A stretch of DNA of 64,000 nt from Raja brachyura (taxonomy: Eukaryota). Location of the stretch: contig OY740820.1 of NCBI GenBank assembly GCA_963514005.1, positions 22,506,001-22,570,000 on the forward strand. Reading direction: 5' to 3'. Below, one piece after another: positions 25,540 to 38,815 of this stretch. Positions within the stretch are counted from its first letter, which is position 1. Each line of letters opens with the position of its first letter. The notes below the pieces were generated by a model. That model saw only the letters and a program-made list of their open reading frames with translations, did no database searches and had not been told where the DNA came from. The position numbers were made by a program, and so were the translations under genes.

Positions 25540-25765
25540 CGGGGATGAAGAGAGATATGCAAAATGAATGAAAGATGATAAAGGCAACAGGCCATTATTA
25601 GCCATTGTGCTGGGTGAGAACGAGAAGCTGGTGCGACTTGGGTGGGGGAGGGATGGGGAGAGAGGGAATGCAGGGGTTACTTGAAGTTAGAGAAATCAAT
25701 ATTCATACCACTGGGTTGTGAGCTCTCCCGCTGAGTTACTCCAGCATTTTGTGTCTATCTTCGAT
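25540..25765 (-). mobile_element. Penelope-like element 3' fragment
   Basis: Minus strand encodes SSQPSGMNIDFSNFK* like the 27.9-kb copy, adjacent to a pLTR piece. Confidence 0.75.
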
Positions 25766-26719
25766 GCATTGTGTGAACTCAGGAATGCAATGTGCATGGG
25801 CGAGGGAACGTGTTGATAAGGTACCTGTTTCTCAGTGATACGGAGATGTTTGCAACAGTGATTCTAACATCACACTGACAGGAGAAACAGATGGCTCCAA
25901 CTGAAACGGTTCCAAATATTTACACCGAAGCAACTTAACTGCAATAATTAGTCGGTCGGTATTAGATCTCCGAGTGACGATTAAAAGAAATATTTGGACA
26001 GGAAGATGGATCGGACAGGTTAAGAGGGATATGGGCCAAATGCAGGCAGGTGGGACTAGTGCAGCAGGGGCATGCTGGTCGACATGGGCAAGGAGTAGCT
26101 AATCAGGTCAAGCAGCATTTGTGAAGACAGGACCCAACTTAAAATCTCTCCATTTCCCTCCACAGATGCTGCCCGACCCACTGAGCTCCTCCAGCAGTTG
26201 GTTTTTTGCTGAAAGGTTGTTGTTCTGGGGAGCGGCGAGCAAGGTGAAAAGCAAAGGTTGTGCAGAAGGAGAAAATTGGAGGGTTTAGTTTAGTTTGGTT
26301 TAGAGCTACAGCGTGGAAACAGGCCCTTCGGCCCACCGAGTCCGTGCCGACCAGCCCGCCAACACTGTCCTACACACACTAGGGACAATTTACAATGTTA
26401 CCAAAGCCAATTAACCTACAAACGGGAAGAACGTACAAACGCCGTACAGACAGCACCCATAGTCAGCATTGAACACGAATCTCTGGCGCTGTGAGGCAGC
26501 AACTCTACCGCTGCGCCACCATGCCGCCATTTGTCGTGTGAAGAACGCACGCACAATTGACCTCTTTGAAGAAGATTAAAGCAATTCAGAGCTGCGAGAA
26601 CATAAAAGGATTTCAAGAAAGGATAAGAATGGGAAAATGTTACTTTGTAGTGCCAGAACTGAAAACTCACACTGTTCGGTCTAGGCCAATGAATCAGTGG
26701 GACTCACACATCCAACACT

Positions 26720-27190
26720 AACATATGGTGAGCGTTGGTCGGCACTGGGCCTGTACTCGCTGGAGTTTAGAACAATGGGGGGGGGGGGGGGGGGGGGGGA
26801 AGAACCTCATTGAAACGTAAGAATAATGAAATGCTTGTATAGAGTGGATGTGGAGAGCATGTTTCCACTAGTGGGAGAGTCTAGGACTAGAGGTCACAGC
26901 AAAATAATTAAAGGACGTTCTTTTAGGAAGAAGACGAGGAGGAATTTATTTAGTCAGAGGGTGGTGAATTTATGGAATTCTTTGCCACAGACGGCTGCGG
27001 AGGCCAAGTCAGTGGAGATTTTTAAGGCAGAGATAGACAGGTTCTTGATTAGAACGGGCGTCAAGGGTTATGGGGAGAAGGCAGAAAAATGGGATTAGGA
27101 GGCAGCGATCAGCCATGATTGAATGGCGGAGTGGACTCGATGGGCCGAATGGCCTAATTCTACTCCCATCACTTTTGATCTTATGATCCA
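26720..27190 (+). mobile_element. CR1 LINE 3' fragment
   Basis: MFPLVGESRTRGH...QRVVNLWNSLP. Confidence 0.85.
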
Positions 27191-27444
27191 ATGAATAGGC
27201 TTATACCCAACACTGGACTGGAAGGGATTCAACGCCCAAGGTATGATGTGGCACTGACATCTACTGTCAATGATCAATACTGCAGCTGTCTTCATGTTTC
27301 CTCAGAAAGAAAGTGACCGCTCTTTGACAAAACCCCACACATGAACGACATGAAACATAGAACAGCTTCGGCCCACAATGTCCGTACCGAACACGAAGGC
27401 CGAACCAACTCTTTTCTGTCTGTACAAAATCCATATGTGCCTCC

Positions 27445-28123
27445 TAGACACAAAATGCTGGAGTAACTCAGCAGGACAGGCAGCATCTCTGGAGAGAAGG
27501 AATGGGTGATGTTTCGGGTCGAGACCGTTCTTCAGACCCGAAACGTCACCCATTCCTTCTCTCCAGAGATGTTGCCTGTCCCGTTGAGTTACTCCAGCAT
27601 TGTGTGTCTATCTTCAGTTTAAACCAGCATCTGTAGCATCCTCCAACCTCATCTGCTGCATCCACTGTTCCAGGTGTCAACTTCGCTACATCGGCGAGAC
27701 CAAGCGCAGGCTCGCCGATCGTTTCACTGAACGCCTCCGCTCAGTCCATCCTAACCAAGCTGATCTCCCGGTGGCTCAGCACTTTAACTCCCCCTCCCAT
27801 TCCCAATCTGACCTTTCTGTCCTGGGCCTCCTCCATTGTCAGAGTGAGGCCCAGCCCAAATTGGAGGAGCAGCACCTCATATTTCGCTTGGGCAGCTCAC
27901 ACCCCAGCGGTATGAACATTGACTTCTCCAACTACAAATAGCCCTTGCTTTCTCTCTTTCTCCATCCCCTCCCCATTCCCAGTTTTCCCACTAGTCTTCT
28001 GTCTCCACCTACATTCCTTCCTCATCCCGCCCCCCTCCCCCGACATCAGTCTGAGGAAGGGTCTCAACCCGAAACGTCGCCCATTCCTTCTCTCCGCCTC
28101 ACCCGCTGAGTTACTCCAGCATT
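27445..28123 (+). mobile_element. 5'-truncated Penelope-like element: inverted pLTR pieces + GIY-YIG endonuclease C-terminus + 3' pLTR
   Basis: ORF segment SNLICCIHCSRCQLRYIGETKRRLADRF...VAQHFN...LEEQHLIFRLGSSHPSGMN is a PLE GIY-YIG domain, flanked by the window's most common hairpin repeat. Confidence 0.88.
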
Positions 28124-29234
28124 TAAAAAAATATATCCATTGACACGGCCTCCACAGCCTTCTGTGGCAATGAATTCCACAGATTCACCACCCTCTGACA
28201 AAAGATAGTCCTCCTCATCTTCCTAAAGGAACGCCCTTTAATTCTGAGGCTATGACCTATGGTCTAGACTCTCCCACTGGTGGAAAAAACCTCTCCACAA
28301 CTAATCTATCCGATCATAAGTGATAGGAGCAGAATTAGGCCATTCGGCCCATTGTGTCTACTCCGCCATTCAATCATGGCTGATCTATCTATCTCTCCCT
28401 GCTAACCCCATTCTCCTGCTTGCTCCCCATAACCCCTGACACCCGTACTAATCAAGAATCTATCGATCTCTGCCTTAAATATATCCTTTCATTCCATTAA
28501 CGTGTTAAAACCAGAGGGAATCCAATTGGAGATAGACAAAAATGCTGGAGAAACTCAGCGGGTGCAGCAGCATCTATGGAGCGAAGGAAATAGGCACCGT
28601 TTCGGGCCGAAACCCTTCTTCAGTTGGAACGTTTCCGCTGTATGGTTCTATATCCTTCAAACACGTTGCTCTTCCAACTTGCTTTATATGTCTAGTATTT
28701 AGTTAATAATTCCCTCCGTACATTAATAGAACTAAAGGCTGACTTCTGGGATGGTCTCAGGTGGATATTTGCATCTTGTTGAAGGCCAGATTCCTTTGTC
28801 TACAGTTTCCCCATCAGCTTAGATCACTTAATATTTGGCAAGTCAGTGGCATTTAATACCAGCGAGATTACACACTTGGCCAATAATGGGCACATGCAAG
28901 CCTTTATCTCACTAAATAACGGACAAGATGGATGACTGCGGAATGAACCTGAAGGTTGCATCAGTCAATCCTTTGATCCAATGTCAATGTGACAGGGCCC
29001 AGGACCGGAGCATTCCACATCAATCACAAAGTGGCAATCATGCCTTTTAAAACCATTTTGCATGTGTGCTTGTAAATACAGATTCAAACAGCCCTCCTTG
29101 AACTTACACGGCATCAAGTGTAGATTATCAAATCCAATAAGCTTATGAAAATCACAATTTTCACCATACATTACTCTTGTCTCATTACGGGTTTCGTTAA
29201 TGGCATCTGATCTCAGGCGAAAGATAGTGTCTCA

Positions 29235-29465
29235 GAGTGATACAGTGTGGAAACAGGCCCTTCGGCCCAACTTGCCCGTACCGGCCAACATGTCCCAGCT
29301 ACACCAGTCATGGAGTGATACAGCATGGAAACAGGCCCTTCGGCCCAACTTGCCCACACTGGCCAACATGTCCCAGCTACACTAGTCATAGAGTGATACA
29401 GCATGGAAACAGGCCCTTCGGCCCAACTTGCCCACACTGGCCAACATGTCCCAGCTACACTAGTC
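29235..29465 (-). repeat. 78-bp tandem repeat x3 of a CR1 3' tail
   Basis: gagtgatacag restarts at 29235, 29313 and 29391. Confidence 0.85.
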
Positions 29466-29678
29466 CCACCTGCCTGTGCTTGGTCCATATCCCTCCAAAC
29501 CTGTTCTATCCATGTACCTGTCTAAATGTTGGGATAGTCCCAGCCTCAACTACCTGCTCTGGCAGATTGTTCCATACACCCACCACCCTCTGTGTGAGAT
29601 GTGCATGCTAGCATTGGTGGATAGTTGTCCCTCCAGAGGAGAGGAGGATGTTGGGCCTAGCGGTGAGGTGGGACTGAC

Positions 29679-29975
29679 CTGTGATGGTGGCGGCAGCGTG
29701 GGTCTCCTCCCCCAGTAGCTCGTTCCTCACCGTGCAGCTGTACGAGCTGTTGGGCTCCAGGGTGACGCGCATCACACTGCGCACCTCGAACAGGCCCCGC
29801 TCGTTGGCCACCTGCGAGGTGCTGACGTTCTCCGTGACGTTGCCCCCCTTCCCGTCGAACCACAGCACCGTTGCCTGCGGGTAGCCCCCCGAGGAATGGC
29901 AGGCAATGCTCACCTCATCTCCAGGCTTCAGGTTCTTGTTGGGCTCCAGGTGCAGGTTGGGCTTGGAGTAAGAAG
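29679..29975 (-). CDS. CD276: CD276/B7-H3 IgC exon (297 bp)
   Basis: SYSKPNLHLEPNKNLKPGDEVSIACHSSGGYPQA...SQVANERGLFEVRSVMRV...YSCTVRN...TITG matches B7-H3 IgC. Acceptor cttctttcag|CT, donor ACAG|GTCAGT, phase 1/1. Confidence 0.96.
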
Positions 29976-30049
29976 CTGAAAGAAGAGGTACGGGCATCAG
30001 CATGGTGCACCCACATCTGAGGGAGGGTGCCCCGTCAACAGACAGTTAG

Positions 30050-31815
30050 ATTTAGCTCCTGGGGCTAATGGAATCAAGGGATATGGGGAGAAAGCAGGAA
30101 CGTAGCACTGATTCTGGATGATCAGCAATGATCATATTGAATGGCGGTGCTGGCTGGGAGGGCCAAATGGCCTACTGCACCCATTTTCTATGTCTCTATG
30201 TTTCTATGAGGAAGGATCCCATATCCCTGGAGAAGGTCCAGATGAGGTTTACAAGAATGATCCCAGGAATGAGTGGGTTAACGTATGATGAGAGTTTGAC
30301 GGCACTGGGCCTGTACTCGCTGGAGCTTAGAAGAATGAGGGGGGACCTCATTGAAACATACAGAATAGTAAAAGGGCTGGATAGAGTGGATGTGGAGAGG
30401 TTGTGTCCACTAGTGGGAGAGTCTAGGACTAGAGGACACAGCCTCAGAATTAAAGGACCTTTTTTTAGGAAGAATTTCTTCAGTCAGAGGGTGGTGAATC
30501 TGTGGAATTCTTTGCAACAGAAGGCTTTGGAGGGCGTCAGTGGATATTTTTAAGGCAGAGTTAGATAGATTCTTGATTAGTGCGAGTGTGAGGGGTTACG
30601 GGGAGAAGCCATGATTGAATGGCGGAGTAGACGTGATGGGCCGAATGGCCTAAATCTGCTCCTATCACAAACAAACATAAAATGTTGAAAAAGATTGAAG
30701 GGAGACTTGATAGTAATATATAAAATAATAAGAGGTGTAGATAGGGTAGACAGTCAGAGCCTTTTCCCCTACGATGGAATAATCAAATAGTAAGAGATAG
30801 TACACAGTTTTTACACAGAGAGTGATGAATACCAGGAGTTCGCTGCCAGAGGTGGTGGTGGAGCCAGATGTGATGCCAGCATTTAAGAGGCTTTTGGATT
30901 GACACACTTGCAGGGAATGGAGGGATATGTATCTCAGACAGGCAGATAAAACATGGTCTTGAAATCATGTTCGCCACAAACATTGTGGGCCGAAGGGCAA
31001 GTTCTTGTGTCAGAGTGATACAGTGTGGAAACAGTCCCTTCGGCCCAACTCGCCAACACCGACCAACAAGTCCAAGCTACACACACTTAAACATAGAAAC
31101 ATAGACAATAGGTGCAGGAGGAGGCCATTCGGCCCTTCGAGCCAGCACTTCCATTCATTGTGATCATGGCTGATCGTCCGCTATCAATAACCCGTGTCTG
31201 ACTTCTCCCCATATTCCTTGACTCCACTAGCCCCTAGAGCTCTATCTAACTCTCTCTTAAATCCATCCAGTGACTTGGCCTCCACTGCCCTCTGTGGCAG
31301 GGAATTCCAACTCTCTGGGGAAAAAATATTTTCTCACCTCAGTCTTAAATGATCTCCCCTTTATTCTAAGATTCTTTATTCTAAGCACTTGCCTGCACTC
31401 GGTCCATATCCCTCCAAACCTGTCCTATCCATGTGCCTGTCTAACTGTTTCTTAAACGTTGGGATAGTCCCAGCCTCAACTACCTCCTCTGGCAGCTTGT
31501 TCCATACACCCACCACCCATTGTGTGGAAAAGGTTACCCCTCAGATTCCTATTAAATATTTTCCCAATCACCTTGAACCAGTTGTCCTCTGGTCCTCGAT
31601 TCCCCCACTCTGGGCAAGAGACTCTGTGCATCTACCCGATCTATTCCTCTCATCATTTTGTACACCTCTACAAGATCACCCCTCATTCTACTGCACTCCA
31701 TGGAATAGAGACCCAGCCTACTCAACCTCTCCCTACAGCTCACACCCTCTAGTCCTGGCAACATCCTCATAAATCTTTTCTGAACCCTTTGAAGCTTGAC
31801 AATATCTTTCCTATA
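30050..31815. mobile_element. CR1 fragment cluster filling the IgV-IgC intron
   Basis: Multiple CR1 ORF2 C-terminal peptides and tails on both strands. Confidence 0.85.
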
Positions 31816-31891
31816 TCTTTGTGCTGTAGCGTTCTATGTTCCACGTCAGATTTGGAAGTATGTTTAGGATAGTATACGGTCGATGTTGTAC

Positions 31892-32242
31892 CTGCTAGTT
31901 GGAGCATGATGGGGGCACTGTTGTGGTCTTTGATGCGGACGAAGCAAGTGAAGCTGCCTTCATCTTCAATCTTCGCCTTCCTCAACAGCAGCGAGGCGTT
32001 GCCCTTGCCCAGCTGGTCCAGGAACAGGGCGGTCCGGTTGACGAAGCTCTCCGCCTGCACGCTTTGCACGTCCCACTGCCGGGAGTAGCTGTGCACCATG
32101 GTCTTGGTCTCAGTCAGCTGCCAGATCACGCTCACGTCCCCCAGAGAGAAGTTGCCCTCCAGGGTGAACGAGCAGTTCAGCGTCACGTCCTTCCCGTAGC
32201 GGGCGATCACTGGGTCAACTGGAACCTGGATGTCCAGAGCTC
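31892..32242 (-). CDS. CD276: CD276/B7-H3 IgV exon (351 bp)
   Basis: ALDIQVPVDPVIARYGKDVTLNCSF...IWQLTETKTMVHSY...NRTALFLDQLGKGNASLLL...DEGSFTCFVRI closely matches the B7-H3 IgV domain. Acceptor ttgcttgcag|GA, donor GCAG|GTACAA, phase 1/1. Confidence 0.96.
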
Positions 32243-32262
32243 CTGCAAGCAATCAAAGAGAA

Positions 32263-32489
32263 GGTCGACAAAAGTGCTGGAGAAACTCAGCGGGTGCAGC
32301 AGCATCTATGGAGCGAAGGAAATGGGCAACGTTTCGGCCGAATAGGAACCATTTCAGGAAATAGACAACGTTTCGGGACGAAACCCTAAAGGGTTTCGTC
32401 CCGAAACGTTGCCTATTTCCTTCGCTCCATAGATGCTGCTGCACCCGCTGAGTATCTCCAGCACTTTTGTCTACCTTCGATTTTCCAGC
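32263..32489. mobile_element. Palindromic (inverted) Penelope pLTR pair with 11-bp flanking direct repeat
   Basis: Arms are reverse complements; atcaaagagaa at 32252-32262 and 32490-32500. Confidence 0.75.
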
Positions 32490-33239
32490 ATCAAAGAGAA
32501 TTCATCTGTCAGGTCAGCCAGCAGCACAAACCAGAAACATGGAAAATAGGTGCAGGAGTCGGCCATTCCGCCCTTCGAGCCAGCACCCCCATTCAATATG
32601 ATCATGGCTGCTCATCCAAAATCAGTACCCCGCTCCTGCTTTCTCCCCATATCCCTCGATTCCTTTAGCTATCCCAAGAGCTCCAACTCTCTCTTGAATA
32701 CATGAACGTTTTACACGTAGAGACAAGGAGAACGCACAAACTCTATACAGATTCTATACCGTCTGTACGGAGTTTGCACGTTCTCCCCGTGACCTGCGTG
32801 GGTTTTCTCCGAGATCTTCGGTTTCCTCCCACACTCCAAACACGTGCAGGTTTGTAGGTTAATTGGCTTGGTGTAAGTGTAAATTGTCCCTAGTGTGTGT
32901 AGGATAGTGTTAGTGTGCGGGGATCGCTGGTCGGCGCGGACTCGGTGGGCCGAAGGGCCTGTTTCCGCACTGTATCTCCAAACTGAACTAAAAAGCTGGA
33001 GTAGTTCCGGAGATCTCTGGAGAAAAGGAATGGGTGGCTTTTCAGGTTCGAGACCCTTCTGACCAGCCTGAGGAAGGGTCTCGCCCCGAAACGTCACCCA
33101 TTCCTTCTCTCCAGAGACGCTGCCTGTCCTGCCGAGTTACTCCGGATCTTTGCGTCTATCCTCGGTGTAAACCAGCATCTGCAGTTCCTTCCTACAAACC
33201 GATCGGTAAAGTTGGACTGATCGCACGCGCTGCATCACG

Positions 33240-33880
33240 GGTGTCATGGTACACCAGTCATTGAAAGTAGGCATGCAGGTGCAGCAGGCAGTGAAGAAAG
33301 CGAATGGTATGTTAGCTTTCATAGCAAAAGGATTTGAGTATAGGAGCAGGGAGGTTCTACTGCAGTTGTACAGGGTTTTGGTGAGGCCACACCTGGAGTA
33401 TTGCGTACAGTTTTGGTCTCCAAATCTGAGGAAAGACATCCTTGCCATAGAGGGGGTACAGAGAAGATTCACCAGACTGATTCCAGGGATGTCAGGACTT
33501 TCATATGAGGAAAGACTGGATAGACTCGGCTTGTACTCGCTGGAATTTAGAAGATTGAGGGGGGATCTTATAGAGATTCACAAAATCACAGTTTAAGGAT
33601 AAGGGGGAATTCCTTTAGGACCGAGATGAGGAAAACATTCTTTACACAGAGAGTGGTGAGTCTCTGGAATTCTCTGCCACAGAAGGTAGTTGAGGCCAGT
33701 TCATTGGCTATATTTAAGAGGGCATTAGATGTGGCACTTGTGGCTAAAGGGATCAGGGGGTATGGAGAGAAGGCAGGTACGGGATACTGAGTTGGATGAT
33801 CAGCCATGATCACATTGAATGGCGGTGCAGGATCGAAGGGCCGAATGGCCTACTCCTGCACCTATTTTTCTATGTTTCTA
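33240..33880 (+). mobile_element. CR1 LINE 3' fragment (internal deletion)
   Basis: QQAVKKANGMLAFI...LVRPHLEYCVQFWSP. Confidence 0.9.
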
Positions 33881-34399
33881 TCACAGGAGAGTAAAGCTAA
33901 CAAGCATCACGCACGGCTTGAGACGGGAGTGAATTATTCCCTGCGGACGGCAAGGTGTGCATGAGATAGACAGCCGGTAAACTCCAGTGAATCAGCGCTA
34001 AGACAACAGCTGGAATAACATCTGCTGAGGAGAAAGCATTTGATACCTTGAAAGATAAAGAGACACAGATCCCTTCACCGAACAGCAAATACAACGAGAC
34101 ACACAAAAACCTTCAGATGCTGGTGTACGAAAAAAAGTGCTGGAGTAACTCAGCGGGTCAGGTAGTTGTGCAGGAAGGAATGGTGCTGGGTTAAAGCACC
34201 ATCAAGGCAGATGCAGTGTTAAAAAACGAAGATAGACACAAACTGCTGGAGTAACTCAGTGGGTCAGGCAGCACGTGGGATGCTGTGTTACTCCAGCTTT
34301 TTGGGTCAGGTAGATTGATGTCGGGCAGGAGGGGTGTGGAACAAAACAATTTATAAAAGTTAGAGGTGATTTGCGCCGTACATGTATAGACAACAGGCT

Positions 34400-34436
34400 C
34401 AGTCTGAAGAAGGGTCTCGACCCGAAACGTCACCCA
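34400..34436 (+). ncRNA. Minimal hammerhead ribozyme core in Penelope pLTR (representative of many copies)
   Basis: CTGAAGA-A-GGGT(CTCG)ACCC-GAAA-C-GTC. Stem III is reduced to palindromic ACGT and stem I is weak. Other copies near 960, 1520, 5140, 6605, 12465, 20990, 28050, 33070, 36540, 43890, 47570-47680. Confidence 0.65.
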
Positions 34437-35532
34437 TTCCTTCTCTCCAGAGATGCTGCCTGTCCCGCCGAGTTACCCCAGCATTTTGTGTCTATCTTTG
34501 GTTTAAACCAACATCTGCAGTTCCTGGTTACACACACTTGATTAACAAACATGTCTATGATTACAAAAGGCACAAAATGCTGGAGTAATTCAAGGGGTGA
34601 GTCAGCATCCCTGAGGAGAATGTGGATAGGTGATATACTGGGTCTGGACCTTTCTCAAGGGCCCCAACCAAAACGTCAACAATCTGCAGGGTCCCGGCCC
34701 AAAACGTCACCTATCTGCGTTCTCCAGCGATGCTGCCCGGCCCGCTGAGGTACTCCAGCACGTGGCAGCATGTTTGGCATGGACACTAATAAATGACAGA
34801 GAATGGGCCACCCCGAGAGCCGTCATAGACTCAATGGGCCTAACGTCTCCTCCAATAAGCAAATGGGAACATGTATGGGTTATCTGGGCAAGGAGTAGAG
34901 TTGGATGGGCCAAATGGCCTTTATCATATCAAGATTCCCAAACACTCATACCGCATATTCTGAATCAACTTCACAACTAGTTAAGCGGCACGGTGGCGCA
35001 GCGGTAGAGTTGCTGCCTCACAGCGCCAGAGTCCCAGGTTCGGTCCCGACTACAAGTGCTGTCTGTACGGAGTTTGTACGTCCTCCCTGTGACCGCGTGG
35101 GTTTTCTCCAGGTGCTCCAGTTTCTCAAAGAAGTGCTGGCTTGTAGGTTCATTGGCCCTCTGTAAATTGTCTCAAGTGTATAGGTAGTTGATGAGAAAGT
35201 GGGATAATATAGAACCGGTGTGAATGGGTGATCGCTGGTCAGCATGGACTCGGTGGGCCGAAGGGCCTAATTCCATTCTGTATCTCTAAACTAAACCAGT
35301 TTAAAGAAGGGTCTCGACCCGTCTATAGAAGCATAGAAAATAAGCGCAGGAGTAGGCCATTCAGCCCATGGAGCCAGCACCGCCATTCAACATGATCATG
35401 GGTGATCATCCAGAATCAGTACCCCATTCCTGCTTTCTCCCCATATCCCTTGATCACATATAAGAGTAATATATCCAACTTTTTTTTGAATACATCCAGT
35501 GAATTTGCCTCCACTGTCTTCTGTGGCAGGGG

Positions 35533-35714
35533 TATGTTCTCCACAGATGCTGCCTGACCCGCTGAGTTATTCCAGCACTATGTGAAACGTCACCTATCCA
35601 TGTTCTCCACAGATGCTGCCTGACCCGCTGAGTTACTCCAGCACTCTGTGAAACGTCACCTATCCATGTTCTCCACAGATGCTGCCTGACCCGCTGAGTT
35701 ACTCCAGCACTCTG
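35533..35714 (+). repeat. 66-bp tandem repeat (~2.7 copies) derived from the Penelope pLTR
   Basis: ccacagatgc at 35541, 35607 and 35673. Confidence 0.88.
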
Positions 35715-38312
35715 CGTTCTTTTACAAAATTAACTAAACACTGACCGAAACTAAAATGTCAAGAGACGTTGGGGCTGTTGTCAAACATGGCTTTTGACTC
35801 ATTCCCAAAGAATAGCTAGATTAAAATTCCACACATTATGCCAAACACTTCGGAAACTAAAAACCTTGGCAAATATTCCTTCCTCAGAAGCTGCCCGAAC
35901 TTCTGAATCTTTAATGTTGATCCCCAGTTTTTATTTCAAATCCCATGCACTTTGCAGTTCAGCAGGAACTTGGAGCCCAGAGGGGAAGCTGTCGAATGAT
36001 TGCACGACACTGTATGGAGTAATCCCACACAAACTGGGACTCTATCTTAATTTATTCATGGATTGTGAGCCTGTATTATTCATCACATGAATTATACAAT
36101 GAAGCCTTATGGAACCGTCATGATCAATGAGGAATATCAGACTAACTGGGAAGTCTTGCAGATATCTGGAATAAATCAGCAGCTTCATTGCATTTTACCG
36201 GGCTGCATCACAGCATGGTTTGGGATGTGGGAGGAATCTGGAGCTCCCGAAAGACCTTTGCTATCACAGGGAGAACGTGCAAACTCCACACAGACAGCAC
36301 CCAGGTGCTCTGAAGCAAGGATGTAATAAGTGGCAGGATGATACACAATGCATGATCTACTTCAAATAATTAATATCATATTGATATTCGCCATGAGAGA
36401 GGGGAGGGGGTCTTCAAAAAGGACCCAACATGGGATACTTTGTTGATGCCCTTTATGTAGCGACTGTTTGCATACAAAGATAGACACAAAAAGCTGGAAT
36501 AACTCAGCGGGATCGGCAGCATCTCTGGAGAGAAGGAACAGGTGATGTTTCGGGTCGAGGCCCTTCTTCAGACTCTTGACATACCTCGGACAAAGAATTC
36601 CACCGGGACTTGTATGAAATAAAGTTTTCATCCATTCATCATTCATCTCATCTCCACCCTTCCCTCACATTCTAAGCTTAGTTTAGAGATACAGCGCAGA
36701 AACAGGCCCTTCGGCCCACCGAGTCCGCGCCGACCAGCGATCCCCGCACATTAACACTATCTTACACACACTAGGGACAATTTATATTTACACCAAGCCA
36801 AATAACCTTATGCATCTTTGGAGTGTGAGAGGAAACCGAAGATCTCGGAGAAAGCCCAGGCAGGATTTGTGGAAGTATAAAATCCGTACAGACAGCACCC
36901 GTAGACGGGATCGAACCTGGGTCCCCAGCGCTGTAACCCAGGTTCAATCCCGAGTACGGGTGCTGTCTGTACACGCTGCAAGGCAGCAACACTGCCGCTG
37001 CACCATTGTGTTATTACATTCACCGCCGGTGTTAACTTAATGGATAGCCTCATGCAACGACTGCAGCACTTGCGACAATCTTGCAACACTCCCTGGCCTG
37101 TGTCCCATCTGCCAACAAGCCCGTCGCATCCTGCTTCACTCTCTATTCAGTCAATAACGCATTAACGCTTCTCATCTAGAGCACGATAAGAGGTTGGACA
37201 TGGAGCGGTGAGTAACAGTGTGGAGATGGTGCAGATAATCCTTGTGCTGTTACAGTTGTGTCTGTTACTCTGGTAATGAGCTGCCAGCGCCGGCGATAGC
37301 TTCCATTTGTTACAGCAGGTTGGCTGGCAGGACTGGGAGCAGCACCAGCCTACAAATTGCAAAGTGTCGAACCAATGTGTGAATCAAGCTTGGTGCAAGC
37401 ACAAAATACTTTCTCTTCTGAAGGCCATTCCAGCACAAAGGGAGAGACTACTTTAGGGTGTCACGGTGGCGCAGCGGTAGAGTTGCTGCCTTACAGCGCC
37501 GGAGACCCGGGTTCGATCCCGACTACGGGCGCCTGTCTGTACGGAGTTTGTACGTTCTCCCCGTGACCTGCGTGGGTTTTCTCCGAGGTCTTTGCGTTTC
37601 CTCCCACACTCCAAAGACGTGCATGTTTGGAGGTCCATTGGCTTGGTGTAAAAGTCAATTATCCGTAGTGTGTGTAGCAAGGGTTCCCCACCTGGAGGAA
37701 ATTTACCCCCAGGGGTAATTCTGGATTTGTACATATTGTTTTTCATTGATCAGTTCTGGTATACCGGTATCTGTCTATCATTAGTTGTTCATAAATAAGT
37801 GAAAATAACATTGTTAAAAACTGAAGCTATTTAAGAAATCAGTAACTAAATTGTCGCTCACTATTATTTGTATCGATGCTTCTAATAAATATACTTTAAA
37901 AAATAATAACATTGTTATGCGCTATTAAAGTTGCCTGGGATAAATGGGACGGGAAAGGTTGGGAGCCCCTGGTGTGTAGGATAGTGTTAATGTGTGGGGA
38001 TCACGGGCCGGCACAGACTCAGTGGGCCGAAGGGCCTGTTTCCACGCTTTATCTCTAAAACCTAACAATAAAGATACCAGCTTTCCATCTGAGCTACTGA
38101 TAAATATATATGAATAATAGTAATGTGTTGACTACCAGCAGGGCTGCAGGCCAGTGGGTGATCAAACACACCTCATCACCTGCTCAAGTGGGTGATTATT
38201 AGAAATATTTCACTGCAAATTAAAAAGAAAGCTGCTATCACTGAGATATCCTCGATTGAAGTTAGATGGAGGAAACCCTAACCCATTCCTTCTCTCCAGA
38301 GATGCTGCCTGG

Positions 38313-38815
38313 TCATAAGGTCAGTGATAGGAGTAGAATTAGGCCATTCAGCCCATCAAGTCTACTCTGCCATTCAATCATGGCTGATTTATCTCCTGCC
38401 TTCTCCCCATAACCTCTGACACCCGTACAAATCAAGAATCTATCTATCTCTGCCTTAAAAATATCCACTGACTTGGCCTCCACAGCCGTCTGTGGCAAAG
38501 AATTCCACAGATTCACCGCCCTGACTAAAGAAATTCCTCCTCACCTCCTTCCTAAAAGAACGTCCTTTAGCTCTGAGGCTGTGACCTCTGGTCCTAGACT
38601 CTCCCACTAGTGGAAACATCCTCTCCACATCCACTCTATCCAAGCCTTTCACTATTCTATACGTTTCAATCAGGACCCCTTCATTCTTCTAAACTCCAGC
38701 GAGTACAGGCCCGGTGCCGGCAAAAGCTCATCATAGGTAAACCCTCTGATTCCTGGGATCATTCTTGTAAACCTCCTCTGGACCCTCTCCAGGGCCAGCA
38801 CATCCTTCCTCAGAC
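38313..38815 (-). mobile_element. CR1 LINE 3' fragment
   Basis: KGLDRVDVERMFPLVGESRTRGH. Confidence 0.85.

Noticed and set aside
29608-29678. Read-through extension of the IgC exon as a coding C-terminus
   Set aside because: A canonical donor sits at the homologous position; there is no sequence evidence for intron retention.
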